A DNA stretch of 64,000 nt from a virus. Location of the stretch: positions 4,137-68,136 of the IMG/VR virus record IMGVR_UViG_3300009529_002382, one strand, 5' to 3'. Position numbers and translations under genes: made by a program. Below the pieces are notes generated by a model, which was not told where the DNA came from, ran no database searches, and was given only the letters and a program-made list of their open reading frames with translations. This document shows, in pieces, positions 56,801 through 64,000 of this stretch (position 1 is its first letter; every line of letters starts with the position of its first letter).

Positions 56801-59494
56801 TATAAGTCTTTTCTCATCAATAGTTCCAGTTACTTCATCTATACCACCTAATTCTACAGACAAATTGTCAGAACCAGTGGGATAATCAAATATTATTGTT
56901 CTAGTCAACGGAATCACCGTATATGGAATGTCCGTTATTACCTCATCTATTTTTACAACATAATATGAAGGGTCTGTTGTTACCAAAGAACCACTCGATT
57001 CAGCAGTCCCAACAATTTGCTCCATAGTAACGTATGTTTGCTGATCGTCAGTTTGCCATTCCAAAATAGTAACATTGGCTGACAAATCGATTCTTTTGTC
57101 ATATGCATTAGTTATATTATGTACGTGTTCATTAACCCACGGTGTAACCTTTTCAGTAATATAACTCTCTAATTGGTACAATTCACGAGCCTCGTCTTCT
57201 ATACTAGTAACGGAATCACCGTTAGACACAACTTCTGCCAACAATAGCGAATGGATTGGAGGATTAGCCGTTGACGACCTAACTAAAAGTCTTCCTTCAT
57301 TTCTGGCTGCTCGAACCATGTAAAAATAGTTACCATCACCGTGGACAAAAGCATCAGGATGAGTATATGTAACAGTGCCGATGTCTACTGATGCCACTTT
57401 CGTCCATGACACTAAGTCACCAACAGACGTATATATCTCATAACAATCGAAATCGCCAGTTACCGCCGTCCAAACCAACAATGCGTTAAACCCAGCAGGG
57501 TTGGTCAGGGTTACATTAGTTGGAGCAGTGAGTCCGGATTTACCATCGATTGGTAAAGCGTGGACCATCAAGTGATTGGCATAATCGTCATCTACGGGAT
57601 TCAGAGTGGTATTGCCAAATGTGTCTGTCATCGTTATGAAGTAAGTAGACCTTGTACCGTTTGTGACAGAATAATCAACGAACGCCCTTACATCACTTCC
57701 AACGCTGGCCACTAATGAAAAATCAGACGCAACATAGTATTCGTTTCTTATAAAATCCGCTCTCCAAATATGATATTCATCTACCGAAACACCAGCTATC
57801 TCACCCCAAATTAGAAGAACAGCACCGTCACCACCAAATGCACTGACTTCATCGACCTGTGGAGGTCTATCCCCTTCAAAGGCCCCTCCCCAAACATCGC
57901 TATAATCTATAGGTAAAACGGTGTAATAATAAGTAATCTCTCCGCTCGTATTTCCATCCACATCAACCGCTGTTATTTTAATTATATATCTATGATTAGG
58001 AGTCAAATTGACATAGGAAACAACATAGCTTTTTGCAGGGCCATTATCAACGGAAGTAATGATATCGGTGTCACTTTCTGCTTCCAAGTCACGATCAGTA
58101 ACTGTAACCAGATTGTGATCTAAATAAGGTGCATTATTATCCCATGTAAATTCAAGTCCGTTGTTATCTAAATTCGCACTTATAGACGAAGGGGCAACAG
58201 GTGAAACAGAAATACCAGTATATATTCTCTGAATTATACCATTACTGATATCCCCATCTTCATCAACCCCCTGTATTCTGATAATGTAATCTGTTTTAGA
58301 TAAAATAGGATAACAAATCCCATTTTGAACGAATGTATCAATTGAGAAATCCTGTATATTTTCGTAGACATAAACCGAATCTGATTCCTTATATCCATTT
58401 TCGATAAGAGTAATAGCGTATTTAATAGCAGGAGGTTTATATGCATCTATACCCTCAGTCCATTCCAAATCAAACATCAAAGAATTCGGATTCCTATTAC
58501 TCGAAGATGATGTTATAGAAACGTTTTCGACTTCTGCTGGACCTAGATTAACTTGAGGAGATAGTTTTACATTAAAACCATCAGACAACACCCCATTCGC
58601 GTTGACGGAGTATAAAGTACAGGAATATAACGTCGTATTGGCCAAACCATCAATGGTAAAATTATGATCATCTATATCTAAATTATAATCAGTATACGAA
58701 CCAACAGGGTTTCCCTCATAGTCTAATTCTTGGATACGTAAAATATACTCATCAGGAAATGGTGTTTTGTTCTCTCCCCAAATAAACGATATTTCTCCAT
58801 CTCCTGTAAAACCGGTAAAATATGAAGGCAAAGAGGCTGGAACCAGTTCTTGTAATGTAGTAGTACCAACAACCACTCCTGGACCACTATTGTTGCCTGA
58901 AACATCAACAGCGGAGACTCTATAAGAATAGACCGTATGTTGTGTCAGGCCATTGTCTGCGTATGTGGACACGGTTGGACTGGCAATTGTTGACCAAGTT
59001 ACACCAGCATCATCGGTCCTCTCAAGAATATAGTGATCGAAGTCTGCTTCCGCGTTATCATCCCAATCAGCAGTAAGTGAATTTTTAGTAATATCTGACA
59101 ATGCCAAACCAGCAGGGACAGCAGGGGCCACAGCATCGGCCCAGGCAAATGAAGTTGGAGAACAAAAAGGACCAACAAGACCGAATAATCCGGGTTTTCT
59201 CTGGATATAAATATAAGAAGTAGTACTAAGAGTTGTTTCCACAATCATATCCCCAAAGGTTCTCGCCACATACTTGTCGATCAACCCTTGGCCATACGAC
59301 ACTTGGACCTGCGGCACACCACCAGCGGTAGCATCAGTGATAGCCCAACCGGTGATACGGCCATTCCCAAGCACAGAAGAAATAAAACCCACCTGGGTAT
59401 CTATGATATAGAATCTATTTTGATCAACCTCGGCACTGTAAGGATCACCGGCTACAAAGGCTTGTAAATTATAATGTTTACTGTATGTTGGCAT
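53891..59494 (-). CDS. Large virion protein with FN3 repeats and beta-propeller (BNR-like) repeats
   Basis: PAVPAGL..WDD..YSYRVSAVDVSGN (FN3); ISEDEGESW, STNDGDSW, SSDYGTTW (Asp-box-like). Confidence 0.8.
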   Translation of the reverse strand: MPTYSKHYNLQAFVAGDPYSAEVDQNRFYIIDTQVGFISSVLGNGRITGWAITDATAGGVPQVQVSYGQGLIDKYVARTFGDMIVETTLSTTSYIYIQRKPGLFGLVGPFCSPTSFAWADAVAPAVPAGLALSDITKNSLTADWDDNAEADFDHYILERTDDAGVTWSTIASPTVSTYADNGLTQHTVYSYRVSAVDVSGNNSGPGVVVGTTTLQELVPASLPSYFTGFTGDGEISFIWGENKTPFPDEYILRIQELDYEGNPVGSYTDYNLDIDDHNFTIDGLANTTLYSCTLYSVNANGVLSDGFNVKLSPQVNLGPAEVENVSITSSSSNRNPNSLMFDLEWTEGIDAYKPPAIKYAITLIENGYKESDSVYVYENIQDFSIDTFVQNGICYPILSKTDYIIRIQGVDEDGDISNGIIQRIYTGISVSPVAPSSISANLDNNGLEFTWDNNAPYLDHNLVTVTDRDLEAESDTDIITSVDNGPAKSYVVSYVNLTPNHRYIIKITAVDVDGNTSGEITYYYTVLPIDYSDVWGGAFEGDRPPQVDEVSAFGGDGAVLLIWGEIAGVSVDEYHIWRADFIRNEYYVASDFSLVASVGSDVRAFVDYSVTNGTRSTYFITMTDTFGNTTLNPVDDDYANHLMVHALPIDGKSGLTAPTNVTLTNPAGFNALLVWTAVTGDFDCYEIYTSVGDLVSWTKVASVDIGTVTYTHPDAFVHGDGNYFYMVRAARNEGRLLVRSSTANPPIHSLLLAEVVSNGDSVTSIEDEARELYQLESYITEKVTPWVNEHVHNITNAYDKRIDLSANVTILEWQTDDQQTYVTMEQIVGTAESSGSLVTTDPSYYVVKIDEVITDIPYTVIPLTRTIIFDYPTGSDNLSVELGGIDEVTGTIDEKRLISFDSSQSESGRLHPGTLPGIPHDSRRYERLIPLQLPTETTNGYTYNFYQNNHTANEQSIGDSITFYDFIEILSGNLIAATSRGLLISEDEGESWSDLRTTNNVIHTLFYDPVVGKYLGLANGVVYISDTGDSWATTNGLDNVSIVRSAASDGDYLYITTDLGVFVLKNDSLGDLLTWEEVPFYSGQTTDTYGILYDSYESRLVISSEVGIFQSTNDGDSWHLTQEIQEPAPVWAFVENSGYFFALTDYGIWRKHHSATNFTKIAYFDADIARKMEVFEGRLVISTDEGIMVSNDNYNIYIDTDISFETDSFYLINFSAKITPVTAMKEIGSILYIGTDERVYAGADFDEFELLYKQSSTIIPTVYINDVEQVVGFYYNIVKNTVYFDRRISSLASVTIANQYSNFKATNGKWIDENYDADVMIYGRAGLIAFLVNGYPPINQLNAVSFDTFTDDNSNAAIADSYVVEYNDAVTRLSEILGGATLATGETTKSSVENCVYWYYKTYSQAYGNVIYGDLKTIDSHSYLVVDNIMYLSDIAEDFLRDFVVVETMPDFAFTSNLTTNITANASDGSFSFVDTGYNKYDTMYVDISGIGITETTTYTHKELEDIFETYNSGMPYLLSEVNQVNELKEGLFLERDAILDPVPVLQTKYHIPFDRSWYSVLDSTVDYSEQINCVNLGVSFFYPTVVNYYAASGKVFVGYNRGLVSIDIDTLDVTSINFNDNQNEYVNDIFVYSGTLYVLTDMRLYASSDYGTTWAEQEVYGLSGLFRRMWSFNNMLLFATNQGIFWKYDSDNNWERVSLLSNVEQFITDKGVFALAGNKLYYSENGYQWAEKGSFGSVTVTQVQILNTLAFLPTNKGLRHDGTSRFGDSLGTTLIDLEGNTEVSVELKINSIATNSDNNQYIAGGKNGYYYTWDLGSGTITKTASGMDSIYKIIYVNGKYWMFGNDSLLRVSNLPMPIKISTGVPF

Positions 59495-61104
59495 TATGAG
59501 GAATTCAGCATCACTTTTTGGCCGTCCTCTAATTCAAACATGAAAGAGAACCCATTTATCCTTGGTATGCTTTCGTATTTTTCATCTGAGTCAGGACCAC
59601 TAGATACAAATGTATATCCGCTACCACCGGTAGTAAAACTCTCACCATCCCATATGTCTATTATCATGTAGTATGTTATACCAGTTGTAAACTCAGATGC
59701 GGAAGGATAGTATGTTATTTGGGCTTCCTCTCCAGATGCAACAGGGAATCCTGCCGCCGGAATAGTAGCATCATCATTAATAATCCACCCTTCTTGATCG
59801 TCTTCACTAAAAGCAGTTTTGTAAAAGACTGTCATACCCTCATCTGTGTAAAATTGAATTCTGAAATGGAAATCGTGTGATTCGTCGTCGTCATTTGTAA
59901 ATTCGAAATCGACATAATCAATGAAAGCGGTAGCATACGGGTCATGAGTATATAGATTAGTTGGGGAAGTCAACTCTATCCCTATTTTCATTGATGTTCC
60001 ATCTTCGTTAATAGTATTAACAGTATCTAGACTCAAAGCAGTGTATTCCGCAAAATCAGTAGAATTACTCAGCGTTAATCCAAACGATATACTACCGTCT
60101 GATACGACATCTTTGTCAGCAGAAATAAAGCATTTAACAATTGGTCCAGGAAGAGTGAATGACCTTGTGAAGAAATAGGCCGTAGTCCCTCCAAATGGAA
60201 ATCCGGCAATAGTGGTTGCTTCGCTATCAACCGTAGCGGTAGAATAGATTGGGTCGTAAAATGAAGTAGGAGAAATTCCGGCGATAAATATCAATTCATT
60301 TATAAAAAATTCATCAATATTTGGGTATAACCTTTTCAAATATATACTTTGTAACATTCTATTAGCAGCGGCAACTTCGCCTAATAAATTCGTTGAATCA
60401 AAATTTTGCACATATGTATCTAATTGGGCGTGCGTCAAAACGCCCCTATTTATCAGCGTATTATGATTTAAAAGAGGAATTCTATCGAGACCGAATCTTC
60501 CAGAATTGACTTTAATAGCATCAAATGATCCTATTTTAGCACCTGACACTCTATTTTTTGTATTAGTTTCCAAATTTATTTTCGTAGGATATCCCCTGTG
60601 TCTGTGGGATAAAATAATACTGCTAATTTGCTGGTCAACAATAACATAATCCCTATCAGTATTATCTATTGAAATAATTGCATTATCACCAGTAACTATT
60701 TTGGCCAATTTAACAGATGTTGTTAAATCAGAATCACTAGAATATGAAAAATCGACAAAGTTTTTTGTTGTCATATCGGGGTTGCTATGTGTAGCATAAA
60801 TATACAATATAGAATTCGAAGGAAAATAGTCTAAAACAGTCGGTACAACCGTTTCAGAGGCTCTTAGAGACACGATACCAGTTCCAGACGATATCGACAC
60901 GGAAATACCGTTACCGTGGCTATACGTGGCGTCTGTGACCTCCCAGCCAGTAATAACACCGTTACCGAATATGCTATACAGACCGTAAATTTGTTTATCT
61001 ATGAATAAAAATCTATCTACTTCCCTTGCGGTATTGATAGGCTCATTTAGAACATCTCCGAAATCGAAGTAAGCCATATTATAATTTGGAGTAAATCCAG
61101 CCAT
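59494..61104 (-). CDS. Virion structural protein; N-terminus paralogous to 53891-59494
   Basis: YNMAYFDFGD..DRFLFIDKQ..FGNGVITGW versus YNLQAFVAGD..NRFYIIDTQ..LGNGRITGW. Confidence 0.7.
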   Translation of the reverse strand: MAGFTPNYNMAYFDFGDVLNEPINTAREVDRFLFIDKQIYGLYSIFGNGVITGWEVTDATYSHGNGISVSISSGTGIVSLRASETVVPTVLDYFPSNSILYIYATHSNPDMTTKNFVDFSYSSDSDLTTSVKLAKIVTGDNAIISIDNTDRDYVIVDQQISSIILSHRHRGYPTKINLETNTKNRVSGAKIGSFDAIKVNSGRFGLDRIPLLNHNTLINRGVLTHAQLDTYVQNFDSTNLLGEVAAANRMLQSIYLKRLYPNIDEFFINELIFIAGISPTSFYDPIYSTATVDSEATTIAGFPFGGTTAYFFTRSFTLPGPIVKCFISADKDVVSDGSISFGLTLSNSTDFAEYTALSLDTVNTINEDGTSMKIGIELTSPTNLYTHDPYATAFIDYVDFEFTNDDDESHDFHFRIQFYTDEGMTVFYKTAFSEDDQEGWIINDDATIPAAGFPVASGEEAQITYYPSASEFTTGITYYMIIDIWDGESFTTGGSGYTFVSSGPDSDEKYESIPRINGFSFMFELEDGQKVMLNSS

Positions 61105-61119
61105 ATTTATTCCCCGTAA

Positions 61120-61341
61120 TTACGCCACAACCATAGGAGTACCACCCTGATCACCTACCCTATACTGTCTATTAGAGCCAAGTCCATATCTAAACAGTTG
61201 AGTCAAATGCATACTCCTGTAGCCAGATACGGTCGTGTCATTAACATCCTCTATACTATTACTATTCGATATTTGGCTATTTATAGCCACGTTTCTTCTC
61301 TTTTGTATTCTAGAAATCTGGATACTAGGGTCCATTTCCAT
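61120..61341 (-). CDS. Small hypothetical protein
   Basis: 73-aa ORF with AAGGA RBS. Confidence 0.5.
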   Translation of the reverse strand: MEMDPSIQISRIQKRRNVAINSQISNSNSIEDVNDTTVSGYRSMHLTQLFRYGLGSNRQYRVGDQGGTPMVVA

Positions 61342-61376
61342 AATATTTTGTTCCTTTTTATTTTATAATCGGAAAT

Positions 61377-64000
61377 TTAAGTTAACAAATGTCCAGTTTG
61401 TCCATGCAGCCACTCACCTTCTATCTCTGTTTCCCACTTATTCTCACTAGCTACAATGGTTTGTGACACATTAATTACAATAAGTTTTTGCCCATCTATA
61501 TCAGCAATATCAAAACATCTCATAGGTAATCCTGCTGTTTTGAATTTATAAACAACAGGTGGCCTAAAGAATTTTGATAAATGTTGTGAGTATTTATCAG
61601 TGGCAAGTTCGCTACTAAATATACCATCCATTTGTAAAAATGTTTTTCTATATCCTAAAAATCCTTCCGAATTTGGATCTTCGACACTCGGAAAATTCAT
61701 CTGGTCTGCCATAATATATTCATGATCTGGAGTAGTAGATATAATATGAATATTATTATATACATCTTCTACTACTATTTCATGCGTCACTGTGTCAAAA
61801 ATTAATTGAGCATTTGAGATATTGGACGCACTAAACCACCAACGTGTTGGAATATTCCCGCCGCCACCTCCCGCTCTTGTATCTTCTGGGGAGAAAATAA
61901 TATCGGCAATTGGGAATGATTCATAATGGAATAAACCATCACAATCGAAGAATATCACCTTCCCAGAACGTTCGGCTATTTTTTCAATACACGACATAAC
62001 ATTATCTCCATCCTTGAATCTAAATTCTGCTCCTCCTTGTAATTTATTATATGAGTTAGGCAACGCATAAACTTTAGATTTAGTAACATTTCTACCCCCG
62101 TCAAAATCGCCATTTCCTCCACCCCACGCAGGATCTGAATTAACAAATCTCTGTAATAAACTGGCAGGTTGCCAAGCTCTCTCTCCGAATTTTGCTATTT
62201 TTAACAACTCATAAATTGCATTTATATCTCTTACCCCATCGAAGAAAGGAGAATTAAATATCAAAAAGTCACGCAGAACTTTACTGTAATCATGAATCTT
62301 ACATTCCATGACCCTTTTCCCAGGTGATTCAACAACGGAACCACCATAACAAATTCCTGTCATTAATTTAAAGAACCCAGCATTAGTACTCAAATTGAAT
62401 AACCCGGCAACATGATCTCTGATACCAAGCAAATCTCGTTCGTTTTGGTTGCCCATCAGGCTATAATTACATCCTTCGTATCCTGCCCAAATTTCCACAT
62501 AAAACGCTTTGTCCTTCAAATCCTCTATATGAGAATATCCTAGATTATCCCCACCTTTATTAATAAGCAGAGTCATGTTGGCCGAGTGTTCCATTTTATT
62601 ATAATCTTGGGCACCCCATGTCTCAGAATATTGGATGACGTGGCTACTAATATCTCTAGATTGAGAAGGCCATGCGTCCTCAACTTGAGAGATACCAATT
62701 AATTTACAAGTGCCTAACACGGGGGTTACACAGCGTTTTAAAGTATAACCACTTTGAAAAGTATGACCCCCAGATATCATATCAATATCAAAATAGAAAG
62801 AAGTATATCCCTTTTCTCTGCCTTTATTTCTATACTTTATATTTAGTTTGCTCGGGTCTTTGATATTGTAAGTTTTAATTGGCTTCCCAAAATGCATGAA
62901 ATTCGTTTTTTTATTGTTACCTCGCAACCAACTACGTTTTTCTATCATTTGTTGTGCATCATTAATATAGTATGGTTTTTTATTCTGTCCTCTTACCCTG
63001 CCATCACCTTTAAATTCGCCATTACCAATATCCTGGTTTAACCCCATATCCCTTATACTAAACAATATTTGTATGTCTCCAGGCAACACAAACGGATTAG
63101 CTGCCTTTTTGTTAAGAATTTCATCATCAGACGGCAAGGGTAATAATATTGTGGCTTTTTCAACGTATTCTATAGGGCCAAAAGTGATAGCAGTATTCGT
63201 ATTACCGCCCCATATGGCTATTCTTCCAGGTGGCACAACGAATAATGGTCCTGGATTTTCTTCTTCCCCTGCTTCGTGGCCAACAACGGGCACAGGTTGC
63301 ACTGGTTGAGCAGCGGCAGGTGCGTTTAACACTACCCCACCAGCCATTTTTGTTGAAACACCATATGTTCTTGTACTAGATCCAGTCCACTCAGGGTTGG
63401 CAACCACATTTCCATTCACTGTTTTTACTGAGTCAGAAGGAACTACTTGCCCATCATCGGCACGAGTGCCTTGGCTCTGTATCCCATCCACGTCAACATC
63501 CGCACCACCACCAACACCAACCGTACCAATGACAGCTTCTTCTGGCATCAAAGTATTTTCAACAACCCAGGGAACATCTTCGTTATCGTTGAATACAACA
63601 ATGATTTTTCCAAGATGGCTACGAACAGAAACTTTCAAATTCTGATTTCGTATTAATTGTTCACCAGTCGCAGCGGAATATTCACTAACAAAGAAAGAAC
63701 GATAACGAGGAGCCGTATCAACTAAAATACTTATTGCGTCTTCAACGGATTGAATACCTTTTGTCTCTTGATCGTTCAAAAAGCTATTAATCTCGTCTGA
63801 CGCAGTAGCCATAGGAAGAAAAGTTCCCCCTCCTTCGGCTACCGCTGCCGAATCCTTTTGTGTTTGTTGTAACACCCAATCTATCCTTTGGCTAAGCAAT
63901 ATTTTTACAAAACGAGGATGAGATTTCTGGGGGATAATAATAAAATAATGGTAATTTAGGTCTATTCCCATTTCGATAATAAAATATGCCTGTCTTGTGA
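61377..64000 (-). CDS. Large putative baseplate-hub/tail structural protein; start probably beyond the window edge
   Basis: Frame is open from the edge (TRQAYFIIE-MGIDL...). C-half has hub-like patterns (IEKIAERSGKVIFFDCDGLFHY, GLP..FDIADID, WETEIEGEW). Located in the structural region. Confidence 0.55.
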   Translation of the reverse strand, partial: TRQAYFIIEMGIDLNYHYFIIIPQKSHPRFVKILLSQRIDWVLQQTQKDSAAVAEGGGTFLPMATASDEINSFLNDQETKGIQSVEDAISILVDTAPRYRSFFVSEYSAATGEQLIRNQNLKVSVRSHLGKIIVVFNDNEDVPWVVENTLMPEEAVIGTVGVGGGADVDVDGIQSQGTRADDGQVVPSDSVKTVNGNVVANPEWTGSSTRTYGVSTKMAGGVVLNAPAAAQPVQPVPVVGHEAGEEENPGPLFVVPPGRIAIWGGNTNTAITFGPIEYVEKATILLPLPSDDEILNKKAANPFVLPGDIQILFSIRDMGLNQDIGNGEFKGDGRVRGQNKKPYYINDAQQMIEKRSWLRGNNKKTNFMHFGKPIKTYNIKDPSKLNIKYRNKGREKGYTSFYFDIDMISGGHTFQSGYTLKRCVTPVLGTCKLIGISQVEDAWPSQSRDISSHVIQYSETWGAQDYNKMEHSANMTLLINKGGDNLGYSHIEDLKDKAFYVEIWAGYEGCNYSLMGNQNERDLLGIRDHVAGLFNLSTNAGFFKLMTGICYGGSVVESPGKRVMECKIHDYSKVLRDFLIFNSPFFDGVRDINAIYELLKIAKFGERAWQPASLLQRFVNSDPAWGGGNGDFDGGRNVTKSKVYALPNSYNKLQGGAEFRFKDGDNVMSCIEKIAERSGKVIFFDCDGLFHYESFPIADIIFSPEDTRAGGGGGNIPTRWWFSASNISNAQLIFDTVTHEIVVEDVYNNIHIISTTPDHEYIMADQMNFPSVEDPNSEGFLGYRKTFLQMDGIFSSELATDKYSQHLSKFFRPPVVYKFKTAGLPMRCFDIADIDGQKLIVINVSQTIVASENKWETEIEGEWLHGQTGHLLT

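Noticed and set aside
1666-63656. Numerous short plus-strand ORFs and nested minus-strand ORFs
   Set aside because: They lie antisense to or inside well-supported genes and have no recognisable motifs. Only neuB is credible on +.
1-64000. Cellular (bacterial chromosome) origin
   Set aside because: Single-strand gene packing, divergent replication genes, giant virion-type proteins and the lack of ribosomal or core metabolic operons fit a large phage better. No capsid or terminase gene is in this window to prove it.

Overview
This window looks like part of a large (jumbo-type) dsDNA phage genome. It is AT-rich, densely packed with overlapping start/stop codons, and every credible gene is on the minus strand except neuB. 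In transcription order (right to left) it has four parts. (1) 64-45.5 kb: very large virion/tail-type proteins (FN3, LamG, kelch, beta-propeller, split vWA). (2) 45.5-41 kb: glycosyltransferases and a metallophosphoesterase. (3) 39-14 kb: replication/recombination genes (intein-containing SF2 helicase, IF3, DnaC-like loader, DnaB, split DnaG, DNA methyltransferase, DnaE, SSB, RecA, Cas4-like nuclease, SpoVS, UvrD). (4) 14-0 kb: an accessory block with a nonulosonic (sialic-like) acid pathway (NeuB, KdsC-like phosphatase, NeuA, two Maf/DUF115-like proteins), peptide deformylase, an HNH nuclease, a prepilin-type H-X9-DG protein (PVC-type host hint) and more glycosyltransferases. The strongest unexplained signal is a set of 12 small proteins sharing one portable helical tag, roughly Y-x-[DE]-F-[QRL]-[DE]-K-I-K-[DE]-R-L. 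Ten are divergent SH3/KOW-like barrels in two tandem arrays, one is a Trp-repeat protein, and one carries the tag at its N-terminus. Also notable: a 2774-codon tail-type gene split by one in-frame TGA with vWA halves on either side, an internal duplication in the DnaE palm, and a recurring CGA-TATA intergenic motif. Family assignments come from motif recognition by eye; no database search was run. I saw no tRNA, rRNA or CRISPR array.
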